A stretch of 64,000 nt of DNA from NCBI GenBank assembly GCA_963822615.1, contig CAWGIM010000018.1, positions 147-64,146 on the forward strand, given 5' to 3'. Numbering within the stretch: the first letter of the stretch is position 1; each line of letters begins with the position of its first letter. Shown one piece after another: positions 31,953-41,836 of this stretch. Position numbers and translations under genes: made by a program. Origin of the DNA: an uncultured Actinomycetota bacterium. Lineage in GTDB: Bacteria; Actinomycetota; Actinomycetes; Streptosporangiales; Streptosporangiaceae. Under the pieces are notes generated by a model. That model saw nothing but the letters and a program-made list of their open reading frames with translations. It searched no databases and had not been told where the DNA came from.

Positions 31953-32127
31953 CAGGCGGCCAATTTCTGTCCCCCTGGCTACCCATCTGTCCGTATTCGA
32001 TCACGGCCCGGTCACGGAAAAAACTCGGTTTGCCTGCGGCGCGCAATCGGCCCCTGCCATAGTTCCACTCAGCGGTTCGACAGGGATGAATGACCAGAAA
32101 AGGCATCAGACCCCCGCAAACCGCCAT

Positions 32128-32220
32128 CCTACGGGCGAGCCAATCTGGCTCGCCCGCGCGTAGGCCCGCCGAGAGGCAAGACAGCCGCGTAGGCCGGGCG
32201 AGGCACCAATCTCGGGGAGA
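32128..32220 (+). promoter_or_regulatory. Candidate structured 5' leader RNA upstream of the LysM/lytic transglycosylase gene
   Basis: 10-bp hairpin at 32132-32156, a GCC-GAGA-GGC hairpin at 32168-32177, and duplicated segments that allow alternative pairings. RBS GGGGAGA at 32214-32220. Confidence 0.45.
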
Positions 32221-32222
32221 TA

Positions 32223-33227
32223 ATGACTGCTCGGCGCACCGCCCGCGGGCCGGTGGGGATTCGGCGCAGGGGACGGCACAGCACCCCCTCGCAGGTGGAG
32301 AAGGTGGCACTGCAGGCGGGCAAGGCCGCCCCGGCGGTCGCCATCGCGGGCGCGGTGGTGATGTCACCGCAGGCGCTGCCCGCGCTCGCGGCACAGCCGG
32401 CCGCCGCCACGGCGACCGCCCACCAGGCGACCGCGGGCCGTCAGGCGGCCGGCCCCGGCGCGACCGCGGCCACGCTCGACTCGTTCCAGACGCGCACCGT
32501 CGCCGTCACCGCGGCCAGCACCGCCCGGCACGCCGCGGCGGCCAGGAGCACCGTCTACCGGGTCCGCAGCGGCGACTCGCTGTCCCAGATCGCCAGCCGC
32601 CACTACCACAACGCGGCCGCGTGGCAGTACCTGTACCACGAGAACGCGAAGGAGATCTCCGACCCGGACCTGATCTACCCGGGCGAGACCCTCATGCTCC
32701 CCGCCAGCGTGCCCGCTCACTTCACGCTGACCAACTACGTGCCGCGGCACGCCAAGCCGGTCACCGCCGCCCCGGTCGCCGCCCAGCCGGCCAGCCACCG
32801 CAGCAGCGGGCACAGCCGAGGCGGGTCAGCCGCCATCGCCGGCCCCGCCAGGGGTTCCACCATCGGCGGCGGGCGCTCTTCCAGCGGCGGCGGCTCTTCC
32901 GCCGGCAGCGGCTCGGTCGTCGTGCAGGCGGCCGCGCAGGGCCAGTACAGCTGCTCGGGCCTCGAGCAGATCTGGGAGCAGGCGGGCGGCAGCCCGTCCC
33001 ACGCGTTCATGGCGGCCGAGATCGCGATGGCCGAGTCCGGCGGCAACCCGAACGCGATCAGCCCGACCGACGACTTCGGCCTGTGGCAGATCAACGCCTC
33101 CAACGGCGCCCTCGCCACCCTTAACCCGTTCCAGAACGCGCGCTCGGCGGTCGTCATGTCGGACGACGGCACCAACTGGGGCCCGTGGACCACCTACACC
33201 AGCGGCGCCTACTCCGGCCGCTGCTGA
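32223..33227 (+). CDS. Secreted LysM + lysozyme-like (lytic transglycosylase) cell-wall hydrolase
   Basis: LysM 'YRVRSGDSLSQIA...W..LY..N...I.DPDLIYPG..L'. C-terminal 'AMAESGGNPNA.....FGLWQIN...W.PW' carries the catalytic Glu. Confidence 0.88.
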   Translation: MTARRTARGPVGIRRRGRHSTPSQVEKVALQAGKAAPAVAIAGAVVMSPQALPALAAQPAAATATAHQATAGRQAAGPGATAATLDSFQTRTVAVTAASTARHAAAARSTVYRVRSGDSLSQIASRHYHNAAAWQYLYHENAKEISDPDLIYPGETLMLPASVPAHFTLTNYVPRHAKPVTAAPVAAQPASHRSSGHSRGGSAAIAGPARGSTIGGGRSSSGGGSSAGSGSVVVQAAAQGQYSCSGLEQIWEQAGGSPSHAFMAAEIAMAESGGNPNAISPTDDFGLWQINASNGALATLNPFQNARSAVVMSDDGTNWGPWTTYTSGAYSGRC

Positions 33228-33284
33228 CCCGCTCGGCCAGCCGGGCGCGGCTGCACTCCCCCGCGCCCGGCTACCCCCCTCCAG

Positions 33285-33755
33285 CTAAGCCGCCAGCGTC
33301 TCCTCGATGCCGAGCCGGGCCAGCTCGTCGGCCCGCTCATTGCCCGGGTCGCCGTTGTGCCCCTTGACCCAGTGCCAGCTCACCTGGTGCGGCTTCATCG
33401 CCGCCACCAGCCGCTGCCACAGGTCGACGTTCTTCACCGGCTTCTTCGCCGCGGTCTGCCAGCCCTTGCGCTCCCAGCCGGGCAGCCACTTGGTGATCCC
33501 GTCGAGCACGTACCGGCTGTCGGTGTACAGCTGGACCGGCGTCGGCCTGGTCAGCGCCTCGAGGGCGGAGATGGCAGCGAGCAGTTCCATCCGGTTGTTG
33601 GTCGTTGACCGCTCACCGCCGTGCAGCTCCCGGACCGTGCCGCCGTACTCGAGCACCGCGCCCCAGCCCCCCGGTCCCGGGTTTCCGCTGCATGCACCGT
33701 CGGTGTGGATGGTCACCGGGGGGTCGCTCGCCCGGGAGACCGCTGCCTCAGTCAT
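33285..33755 (-). CDS. rnhA: Ribonuclease HI
   Basis: '[15 protein letters not shown]', 'TTNNRMEL', 'TDSRYV', 'KN.DLW' and 'WVKGH.G.PGNERAD.LA'. Confidence 0.97.
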   Translation of the reverse strand: MTEAAVSRASDPPVTIHTDGACSGNPGPGGWGAVLEYGGTVRELHGGERSTTNNRMELLAAISALEALTRPTPVQLYTDSRYVLDGITKWLPGWERKGWQTAAKKPVKNVDLWQRLVAAMKPHQVSWHWVKGHNGDPGNERADELARLGIEETLAA

Positions 33756-33804
33756 GAGCGAAGGCTACCGCCGCGCCGCCGGCCTGCCAGTAACATCCGG
33801 TTTC

Positions 33805-35475
33805 ATGAGCATCGCGGAGCTTGTCCTCGTTAACGGCAAGATCCGGACGCCTGCCCACCCGTCCGGTTTCACCCAGGCCGCCGCCGTCAGCGGCGGGCAG
33901 CTCGCCCGGCTCGGCCCCGACGACGAGATCCGCGATCACATCGGCCCGTTCACCCGCGTCATCGACCTGCGCGGCCGGCTGGCCATCCCCGCCTTCGGCG
34001 ACGCCCACGTGCACCCGGTCCAGGGCGGCCTCGAGTCGCTGCGCTGCGACCTGACCGGCTACCGGACCCGGGCCGGGTACCTCGCCGCGGTCGCCGCCTA
34101 CAGCGAGCAGCTCCCGCCGGCCGCCTGGGTACTCGGCGGCGGCTGGTCGATGCCCGCCTTCCCCGGCGGCACCCCGTCCGCGGCCGACCTGGACGCGGTC
34201 ACCGGCGGGCGGCCCGCCTTCCTGCCCAACCGCGACCACCACACCGCCTGGGTGAACAGCGCGGCGCTGGAGCTGGCGGGCATCACCGGGCGCAGCCCCG
34301 ACCCGGTCGACGGGCGGATCGAGCGCGACCACGCGGGCAACCCGTCCGGCGCGCTGCACGACGGCGCCATGCGGCTGGTCGCCAACCTCGTGCCGCCCCC
34401 CAGCGAGCAGGAGCTCATCGCCGGGCTGCTGGCCGCGCAGCGGCACCTGCACTCGCTCGGGATCACCAGCATCCAGGACGCCTGCGTCGGCAGCGCGAGC
34501 GAGATCGGCATCCCCGACACGCACGCGACCTACCTCAGGGCCGCCGCCGACCGGCTGCTCACCTGCCGGGTCACCGGCGCCCTGTGGTGGGACCGCCACC
34601 GGGGCCTGAGCCAGCTCAGCACGCTGCAAGAACGCCGGGAGCAGGCCGACGGCAGCGGTTACTTCCGCGCCACCTCGGTCAAGCTGATGCTGGACGGGGT
34701 GTGCGAGACGTTCACCGCCGCGATGGGCTCCCCCTACCTGGACGGCCACGGTCACGACACCGACCAGGCCGGCTCGCTGTTCATCGAGCCGGACGCGCTC
34801 ACCGAGATCGCGGCCCAGCTCGCCGACCTCGGCTTCCAGATGCACTTCCACGCGATCGGCGACCGCGCGGTGATGACCGCGCTCGACGCCCTGGCCGCGC
34901 TGCCCGCGGCGCAACGGGTCAGCGGGCGGCATCACATCGCCCACCTGCAGTTCATCCACCCGGCCGACCTCGAGCGGTTCGCCCAGCTCGGCGTGACCGG
35001 CAACTTCCAGCCGCTGTGGGCCTGCCGGGACGAGCAGAACGACCGGCTCACGGTGCCGTTCGTCGGGCTCAAGCGGGCCAACTGGCAGTACCGGATCGGC
35101 ACGCTGCTGCGGATGGGCACCCGCCTGGCGTTCGGCAGCGACTGGCCGGTATCGAGCGCCGACCCGGTCCAGGAACTGCACGTGGCCGTCAACCGGATGC
35201 TGTCGGCGCGGCTCGGCGAACCAGGCACCAGCGAGACCAGCTCGCCGCTGCTGCCGGGCGAGAAGATCGACCTGGACGCCGCGATCAGCGCCTTCACCCA
35301 GGGTGTCGCCTACGTGAACCACGAGGAGCAGGTCGCGGGCACGCTGGAGCCCGGCAAGGTCGCCGACTTCGCGGTCCTCGACCAGGACCTCTACACCGTC
35401 GGGGCGGGCGAGATCGGCGATACCTCGGTCGCGCTGACGATCGCGGCCGGCCAGGTCGTGCACGGAGACGAGTGA
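33805..35475 (+). CDS. Amidohydrolase 3 family (YtcJ-like) metal-dependent hydrolase
   Basis: 'IDL.GRL..P.F.DAHVH', 'RDHH.AWVNS.AL', 'KL..DG', 'HAIGDRA', 'IAHLQ', 'GSDWPV' and 'G..ADF.VLD'. Confidence 0.9.
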   Translation: MSIAELVLVNGKIRTPAHPSGFTQAAAVSGGQLARLGPDDEIRDHIGPFTRVIDLRGRLAIPAFGDAHVHPVQGGLESLRCDLTGYRTRAGYLAAVAAYSEQLPPAAWVLGGGWSMPAFPGGTPSAADLDAVTGGRPAFLPNRDHHTAWVNSAALELAGITGRSPDPVDGRIERDHAGNPSGALHDGAMRLVANLVPPPSEQELIAGLLAAQRHLHSLGITSIQDACVGSASEIGIPDTHATYLRAAADRLLTCRVTGALWWDRHRGLSQLSTLQERREQADGSGYFRATSVKLMLDGVCETFTAAMGSPYLDGHGHDTDQAGSLFIEPDALTEIAAQLADLGFQMHFHAIGDRAVMTALDALAALPAAQRVSGRHHIAHLQFIHPADLERFAQLGVTGNFQPLWACRDEQNDRLTVPFVGLKRANWQYRIGTLLRMGTRLAFGSDWPVSSADPVQELHVAVNRMLSARLGEPGTSETSSPLLPGEKIDLDAAISAFTQGVAYVNHEEQVAGTLEPGKVADFAVLDQDLYTVGAGEIGDTSVALTIAAGQVVHGDE

Positions 35476-35598
35476 GGCGGGCGGGCCGGAGAACCCGCAC
35501 CCGTTCGGGATGACCGGTCGGCAGCCGGGCGGCGACGCGCGGGTGAACACCCGTGCCCCGCCCGTGACCACCGCTGTTCCATGTGCTGTATTTAGAGG

Positions 35599-36531
35599 GT
35601 GTTCAACGTGCTGCCATCGCCTGGGTCGCAAGACCCCGCAGATCTCGATCTCCTCGCCGGGCTCCGGGTAGTAGACAACGATGACGACGATCCGGTCCTG
35701 CTGTGGCCGGACGGGACACCGGTAGACACCTGGCGGGAGGACTACCCGTACGACGAGCGGATGACCCGCGAATACTACGACCGGCACAAGCGCCTGCTCC
35801 AGATCGAGCTGGTCAAGCTGCAGAACTGGGTGAAGGACACCGGGCAGCGGATCGTCATCGTCTTCGAGGGGCGGGACGCGGCCGGCAAGGGCGGCACCAT
35901 CAAGCGGTTCACCGAGCACCTGAACCCGCGCGGCTGCCGGGTGGTGGCGCTGGAGAAGCCCACCGAGCGCGAGCGCACCCAGTGGTACTTCCAGCGGTAC
36001 GTGACGCACCTGCCGTCGGCCGGGGAGATCGTCCTGTTCGACCGCTCCTGGTACAACCGGGCCGGGGTCGAGCGGGTGATGGGCTTCTGCTCCCCCGAGG
36101 AGTACCTGGAGTTCATGCGGGAGGCGCCGGAGTTCGAGCGGATGCTGGTGCACTCCGGGCTGGACATGACCAAGTTCTGGTTCTCGGTGACCCAGTCCGA
36201 GCAGCGCACCCGGTTCGTCATCCGGCAGGTCGACCCGGTGCGCCAGTGGAAGCTGTCGCCGATGGACATCCAGTCACTGGACAAATGGGACGACTACACC
36301 GACGCTAAAGATGCGATGTTCTTCTACACCGACACGGCCGACGCGCCGTGGACGGTGGTGAAGTCCAACGACAAGAAGCGTGCCCGGCTCGAGGCCATCA
36401 GGCACATCCTTGAGCGGTTCGACTACGACGGCAAGGACGAGGAGATCGTCGGCAAGCCGGACCGGAAGATCATCGGGCCGGCCGCGGCGCTGGCGGAGAA
36501 GGCGACGGACCAGGCATTCACGAGATTGTGA
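35599..36531 (+). CDS. ppk2: Polyphosphate kinase 2
   Basis: 'FEGRDAAGKGGTIKR', 'WYFQRY', 'FDRSWYNRAGVERVMGFC' and 'SNDKKRARL'. Confidence 0.95.
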   Translation: MFNVLPSPGSQDPADLDLLAGLRVVDNDDDDPVLLWPDGTPVDTWREDYPYDERMTREYYDRHKRLLQIELVKLQNWVKDTGQRIVIVFEGRDAAGKGGTIKRFTEHLNPRGCRVVALEKPTERERTQWYFQRYVTHLPSAGEIVLFDRSWYNRAGVERVMGFCSPEEYLEFMREAPEFERMLVHSGLDMTKFWFSVTQSEQRTRFVIRQVDPVRQWKLSPMDIQSLDKWDDYTDAKDAMFFYTDTADAPWTVVKSNDKKRARLEAIRHILERFDYDGKDEEIVGKPDRKIIGPAAALAEKATDQAFTRL

Positions 36532-37181
36532 GGCGCATGTCAGCCACCGACACCCCGGTCACCGAGATCACCAGCGAAGCGGAACTGCGCGAGGCGCTCG
36601 GCGGCCACGCCTCCGGGCGGGCGGTTACCAAGGAGCGGACCGCACTGCACCCGCTGCAGGCGCAGTGGCTGCAGTCGTCGCCGTTCTGCGTCCTCGCGAC
36701 CGCCGACGCGGACGGCCGCTGCGACGCCTCGCCCAAGGGCGACCCGGCCGGGCACCTCATCCACGTGCTCGACCCGACCACGATCGTGATCGCCGAGCGG
36801 CCGGGCAACAAGCGGGCCGACGGCTACCTGAACGTGCTGTCCAACCCGCAGGTCGGGCTCATCGCGCTCATCCCCGGGCGCAACGACACGCTGCGGGTTA
36901 ACGGGCGGGCGCGGCTGGTGCGGGACGCGCCCTGGTTCGACCAGCTGCTGGTGCAGGGCAAGCGGCCGGTGCTGGCGCTGCTCATCGAGATCGAGCAGGT
37001 CTTCTCGCACTGCCCCAAGGCGTTCCTGCGGTCCGGCCTGTGGCAGCCCGCGTCCTGGCCGCCGGCCGAGGCGATGCCGTCGGTGGCGGAGCTGTGCAAG
37101 GTGGTGCAGAACCCGCCGGAGAGCCTGCGGGAACTCGAGGAGCACTACGCCGAGGCGCACTACACCGGCCTGCTCTACTGA
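36528..37181 (+). CDS. Pyridoxamine 5'-phosphate oxidase family FMN-binding protein
   Basis: 'SPF..LAT....G.CD.SPKGD', 'ERPGN.RADG..N...NP.VGL....PG..DTLRVNGRA' and 'HC.KAFLRS.LW'. Confidence 0.85.
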   Translation: MRRMSATDTPVTEITSEAELREALGGHASGRAVTKERTALHPLQAQWLQSSPFCVLATADADGRCDASPKGDPAGHLIHVLDPTTIVIAERPGNKRADGYLNVLSNPQVGLIALIPGRNDTLRVNGRARLVRDAPWFDQLLVQGKRPVLALLIEIEQVFSHCPKAFLRSGLWQPASWPPAEAMPSVAELCKVVQNPPESLRELEEHYAEAHYTGLLY

Positions 37182-37189
37182 GCCCGGTG

Positions 37190-37783
37190 CTAGCGGGACT
37201 GCGACCACAGGCCGGGGACGGTAAACCCGAGGTCGAGGAAAAGGCGGCGCAGCAGCGGCACGGAGATGCCGATCACGTTGTTGTGGTCGCCGTCGATCGA
37301 GTCGACCCACCAGCCGCCGAGACCCTCGATGGTGAACGCGCCCGCCATGCCGAGCGGCTCGCCGGTGCCGACGTAGGCCAGGATCTCCTCCTCGGCCGGC
37401 GTGCCGAAGCGCACCGTGGTCGCGCCCACCGCCGTCACCTGGCGGCCGGCCGCCACGTCGATCACGCAGTGCCCGGTGAACAGCGTGCCGGACTGGCCGG
37501 ACATCTGCCGCCAGCGGTCGGCCGCCTCGGCCGCCGTCGCGGGCTTGCCGTACGCCTGGCCGTGCAGGTCGAGCATGGAGTCGCAGCCGATCACCAGGCC
37601 GTCGGCGAGGCCCGCGGCCACCGCCGACGCCTTGGCCGTCGCCAGCAGCTGGGTCAGCTCCCCGGTGCTGGGCGCCGAGTAAGCCTCCTCGTCCACCCCG
37701 CTGACGATGACCTCGGGGCTGAGGCCCGCCCCGCGGAGCACGGCCAGCCGGGCGGGGGAAGCGGAAGCGAGAACAAGGCGCAC
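37190..37783 (-). CDS. maf: Maf family nucleoside triphosphate pyrophosphatase
   Basis: '[10 protein letters not shown]', 'GCDS', 'GKP' and '[10 protein letters not shown].....I.GD..NV.G'. Confidence 0.9.
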   Translation of the reverse strand: MRLVLASASPARLAVLRGAGLSPEVIVSGVDEEAYSAPSTGELTQLLATAKASAVAAGLADGLVIGCDSMLDLHGQAYGKPATAAEAADRWRQMSGQSGTLFTGHCVIDVAAGRQVTAVGATTVRFGTPAEEEILAYVGTGEPLGMAGAFTIEGLGGWWVDSIDGDHNNVIGISVPLLRRLFLDLGFTVPGLWSQSR

Positions 37784-37801
37784 GGCGCATAACCTTAGGG
37801 C

Positions 37802-38707
37802 ATGCGATTCGGCCTTGTCGGTACCGGATACTGGGCAAAGATCACCCACGCACCCGCCCTCGCCAGCACGCCCGGCGCGGAGCTAGCCGCCGTGTGGGGC
37901 CGCGACCCCGCCGCCACGGCCGCCCTGGCGGCCGAGTACGGCGCCACTGCCTGCGCGGACTTCAGTTCCCTGGTGGACCAGGTGGACGCGGTCGCGTTCG
38001 CGGTGCCGCCGCACGTCCAGGCGCCGCTGGCCGTGCGCGCGGCCGAGGCCGGCAAGCACCTGCTGCTGGAAAAGCCGGTCGCGCTCAGCGTCGCCGACGC
38101 GGACAAGGTCGCCGCCGCCGCCGAGGAAACCGGGGTCAGCACGGTTGTCTTCTTCACCTGGCGGTTCAACCCCGAGATCCGCGCCTGGCTGACCGACGCC
38201 CGCGCCCGCGGCGGCTGGTCAGGCGAGGGCTGGTCGGGCGCGGCCGCGATCTGGCTCGGCACCTCACTGCAGGCAGGCAACCCGTTCAACACTCCCTGGC
38301 GCCAGCAGAAGGGCGCCCTCTGGGACCTCGGCCCGCACCTGGTCGGCATGCTCTGGGCCTGCCTCGGGCCGGTCGCCGAGGTGACCGCGGTACCCGGCAC
38401 CGGCGACATCGCGCACCTGGTGCTGCGGCACCAGGCCGGCGGCACGTCCACCGTGACCACCACCCAGAGCGCCCCCGAGGCCGCGGCCGGGGTCACCGTG
38501 TTCGTCTGGGGCGCGGCGGGCCGCTCGGTCATGCCGGTCGAGCTGGTCGACTCGGTGGCCGCCCTGCGCACCGCCGCGGCCGAGCTCATCGCCGGGGCCG
38601 GGCCAGCGGGCGAGCGGCTGGCGCAGCCGTGCGACGCCCGCTTCGGCCGGGACATCACCCGGGTACTGGCGGACGCCGAGGCACAGCTCGGCACTGCTTC
38701 CGCCTGA
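37802..38707 (+). CDS. Gfo/Idh/MocA family oxidoreductase
   Basis: 'RFGLVGTG.W', 'GKHLLLEKP' and 'GALWDLGPH'. Confidence 0.9.
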   Translation: MRFGLVGTGYWAKITHAPALASTPGAELAAVWGRDPAATAALAAEYGATACADFSSLVDQVDAVAFAVPPHVQAPLAVRAAEAGKHLLLEKPVALSVADADKVAAAAEETGVSTVVFFTWRFNPEIRAWLTDARARGGWSGEGWSGAAAIWLGTSLQAGNPFNTPWRQQKGALWDLGPHLVGMLWACLGPVAEVTAVPGTGDIAHLVLRHQAGGTSTVTTTQSAPEAAAGVTVFVWGAAGRSVMPVELVDSVAALRTAAAELIAGAGPAGERLAQPCDARFGRDITRVLADAEAQLGTASA

Positions 38708-38782
38708 ATCCAGCAGAAAGTCCCGCCCGTGAGCACGCGGGCCCTGTACCTACGCGCGCGGGTACGCCTAGGCTTGACTGAT

Positions 38783-39556
38783 ATGAGTAGCGAGCCTGCC
38801 GCCCGGGAACCGCGGAACCTGCGCGCCTCCGACGCCGACCGGGAACGCGTCGCCGAGGTGCTGCGCGAGGCCGCGGGCGACGGCCGGCTGACCATGGACG
38901 AGCTCGACGAGCGGCTCGACGCCGTCTACCAGGCGAAGACCTACGCCGAGCTTGAGCCGATCACCCACGACCTGCCGGCCGCCGGGGATGCCCTGCCGCC
39001 GGCCGCCGTCCCGGTCGCGGGCAGCGGGGCGGACCCGGCCCGGTTCGGCGGCGAGCCGACCTCAAATGGTGCCTTCGCCATCATGGGCGGCTTCACCCGC
39101 AAGGGCGACTGGGTGGTGCCCAGGGAGTTCACCGCGTTCATGTTCATGGGCGGCGGCGAGATCGACCTGCGGGACGCCCGGTTCGCCGAGCGCGAGGTGA
39201 CCATCCACATCATCGCCGTCATGGGCGGCTGCGAGATCATCGTCCCCGAGGACGCCACCGTCCGGGTCACCGGCATCGGCATCATGGGCGCCTTCGACCA
39301 CACCAACGCCGGCAGCGGCACGCCCGGCGGCCCGGTGATCACCATCAACGGGGTCGCCATCATGGGCGGGGTGGACGTGAAGCGCCGGCCGACCATGCAG
39401 GACTTCCGGGACCGGCAAGAGCTGCGCGGGCAGGAGCGGCAGCTCCGGCTGGAGGACCGGCGAGCCCGGCTGGAAGCGAAGATGCAGTACAAGCGGGAGC
39501 GGTTCGACGCCCGGCGGGACCGGCACGACGGCCGCCGCTACGGCCGCCTGGACTAG
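38783..39556 (+). CDS. DUF1707 domain protein with C-terminal LiaF/DUF2154-like domain
   Basis: 'LRASDADRERVA..LR.A..DGRL...E.DERL..VY.AKT..EL' and 'FMGG.EIDLR.A'. Confidence 0.85.
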   Translation: MSSEPAAREPRNLRASDADRERVAEVLREAAGDGRLTMDELDERLDAVYQAKTYAELEPITHDLPAAGDALPPAAVPVAGSGADPARFGGEPTSNGAFAIMGGFTRKGDWVVPREFTAFMFMGGGEIDLRDARFAEREVTIHIIAVMGGCEIIVPEDATVRVTGIGIMGAFDHTNAGSGTPGGPVITINGVAIMGGVDVKRRPTMQDFRDRQELRGQERQLRLEDRRARLEAKMQYKRERFDARRDRHDGRRYGRLD

Positions 39557-39608
39557 CGGTTCAGCGGGAGCCGGCCGGGGTCAGCCGCACCCGTTCGGGC
39601 TGATCCTC

Positions 39609-40631
39609 TTAGCGCCAGCCGAGGGCGGGCGCGACGTGGGTCAGGATCGCCTCGATCACGTGCGCGTTGTACTCGACGCCGAGCTGGTTGGGCACGGTGA
39701 GCAGCAGGGTATCGGCGGCGGCGATCGCCTCGTCCTCCTTGAGCTGGTCGATCAGCTTGTCCGGCTCGGCCGCGTAACTGCGGCCGAAAATCGCCTGCAT
39801 GTTCTCGTCGATGAAGCCGACGTGGTCCGCGTCCTGGTTGCGCGCACCGAAGTACATCCAGTCGCGCCGGTCGGTCAGCGCGAAGATGGAGCGGCTGACC
39901 GAGACCCGCGGCTGCCGCTGGTGCCCGGCTTCCTTCCAGGCATCGCGGAACACCTGAATCTGCTCGGCCTGCTGGACGTGGAACGGCTTGTCCGACTCGT
40001 GGCTGATCAGGGTCGAGCTTTGCAGGTTCATCCCCTGCTCGGCGGCCCACTTCGCGGTCGCCTGCGAGGCGGCGCCCCACCAGATGCGGTCCCGCAGCCC
40101 CGGCGCGTGCGGCTCGACCCGCAGCAGCCCGGGCGGGTTGGGGAACATCGGCCGCGGGTTCGGCTGGGCGAAGCCGTCGCCCTTCAGCACCTCGAGGAAC
40201 ACCGCGGCGTGCTCCCGGGCCATGTCGGCCTCGGACTTGCCGTCAGCCGGCTGGTAGCCGAAGTACCGCCAGCCGTCGATCACCTGCTCGGGTGAGCCCC
40301 GGCTGATGCCGAGCTGCAGCCGCCCGCCCGCGAGCAGGTCGGCCGCGCCCGCGTCCTCGGCCATGTAGAGCGGGTTCTCATAGCGCATGTCGATCACGGC
40401 CGTGCCCAGCTCGATCTGGCTGGTCCGCGCACCGGCCGCCGCCAGCAGCGGGAACGGCGAGCCGAGCTGCCGCGCGAAGTGGTGCACGCGGAAGTAGGCG
40501 CCGTCAGCGCCGAGCTCTTCCGCCGCCACCGCCAGCTCGACCGACTGCAGCAGCGCGTCAGACGCCGACCGCACCTCCGAGCCCGGCGAGTCCGACCAGT
40601 GACCGAAGGAAAGGAACCCGATCTTCTTCAT
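39609..40631 (-). CDS. LLM class flavin-dependent oxidoreductase
   Basis: 'MKKIGFLSFGHW', 'FRVHHFA', 'GTAVIDMRYENP' and 'LQLGISRGSPE'. Confidence 0.9.
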   Translation of the reverse strand: MKKIGFLSFGHWSDSPGSEVRSASDALLQSVELAVAAEELGADGAYFRVHHFARQLGSPFPLLAAAGARTSQIELGTAVIDMRYENPLYMAEDAGAADLLAGGRLQLGISRGSPEQVIDGWRYFGYQPADGKSEADMAREHAAVFLEVLKGDGFAQPNPRPMFPNPPGLLRVEPHAPGLRDRIWWGAASQATAKWAAEQGMNLQSSTLISHESDKPFHVQQAEQIQVFRDAWKEAGHQRQPRVSVSRSIFALTDRRDWMYFGARNQDADHVGFIDENMQAIFGRSYAAEPDKLIDQLKEDEAIAAADTLLLTVPNQLGVEYNAHVIEAILTHVAPALGWR

Positions 40632-40686
40632 GACTAGTTGAACAGTCAACAGCTGGACGGCATTCCGCCGCCGGCCCCGCCCCGGC

Positions 40687-41379
40687 TTACCAGTCGATCG
40701 TCGGCAGCCGCTGGTCGAGAAACCGCAGGATGGCGATGATGACCAGCGCCACGACGACGACCCCGACCGTATTGCGGAGGGCGATCGCGTAGCCGTGCAA
40801 CTGCACGTCGAGGAACGGGTAGGGGTACCACTTGGTCGCGGCCCCCACGGCGAACGTGTAGCCGATCCACAGCACCGGCCACACCCACAGCCAGCCGAGC
40901 GTCGCCCAGTCCAGCCGGGGGCGCGGACCGAACAGCAGCCAGCCGAGCAGCGCCGCGGCCGGGGAGAAGTAGTGGAAGCCGGCGTTCACCCAGGCGGCGA
41001 CGCCGTGCGGGTGGACCAGCCGGGCCAGCACGGTGGCGAAGATGAGGCCGGTGATGATGATGCCGAGCAGCGCGTCCGCGTGCACCACGCGCCACAGGCG
41101 CCCGTCCCGGGACGGGTTGAGGACCAGGCTCACCGCCAGCGCGAGGACAAACAGGTTGGACTGGATGGTGAAGTAACTGAACAGCCGGACGAGGCGGACC
41201 GCCAGCCCGGCGCTTCCCTCGGTCGTCACCGTGTTGACATCCGTCCCGCCGTGGATGATCAGCACGACCTGCGTGATCATGGAGGCGCCGACGACCAGCG
41301 CCAGGACAGCGTGCCACGCGCGGCAAGCCCGCCTGCGGCCGCGCGCGGGGGTGCGGGTGAGGACGGCAGCTCCGCTCAT
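40687..41379 (-). CDS. Pr6Pr family membrane protein
   Basis: 'SYFTIQSN', 'H...P.......WLLFGPR' and 'WYPYPFLD'. Confidence 0.8.
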   Translation of the reverse strand: MSGAAVLTRTPARGRRRACRAWHAVLALVVGASMITQVVLIIHGGTDVNTVTTEGSAGLAVRLVRLFSYFTIQSNLFVLALAVSLVLNPSRDGRLWRVVHADALLGIIITGLIFATVLARLVHPHGVAAWVNAGFHYFSPAAALLGWLLFGPRPRLDWATLGWLWVWPVLWIGYTFAVGAATKWYPYPFLDVQLHGYAIALRNTVGVVVVALVIIAILRFLDQRLPTIDW

Positions 41380-41506
41380 GGCGTCATCTTGTCACCAGCG
41401 ACCTGGGACAACGCCCGGACATGCCGACGGTGGCAGCAGGAAAGCCGTTTGTCCGCAGTTGTTCCGGGCAGGAGACGGCTGATCCGGAACGAGCTGTGGA
41501 GGCGTC

Positions 41507-41689
41507 GTGGTTAAGAAGCTGGTCGAACTCCTGATCTGCATCATCCACCCGCTCGCGGTGGTGCTGATGTGGATCAACCTGGCGTCGCGCAGTGACCTGC
41601 CGACCTTCAACAAGGTCGCCTGGGCCATCTTCGGGATCATCCCGCTGGTGCCCTTCGTCTACGTGCTGACCGGCGGCGACCTCTTCTAA
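41507..41689 (+). CDS. Small membrane protein (60 aa)
   Basis: Two hydrophobic segments and 'K..WA.F..IP.V'. GTG start after GGAGG. Confidence 0.65.
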   Translation: MVKKLVELLICIIHPLAVVLMWINLASRSDLPTFNKVAWAIFGIIPLVPFVYVLTGGDLF

Positions 41690-41836
41690 CTTCGGTCACT
41701 TACAGCACGCCTGACTCTTCTGCCTCGAAAAGAGGCATAGGTCACACTCGTACGTTCTACCCCTTAACCCTCAGTACGTTGAGGGCTACTGTCCGGCGCC
41801 ACGAGCCGGGCACGGGAGTTACGGGGGGTTTACGTC

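Noticed and set aside
33748-36153. 801-aa ORF on the - strand
   Set aside because: Antisense to the amidohydrolase and ppk2, which carry the recognisable motifs.
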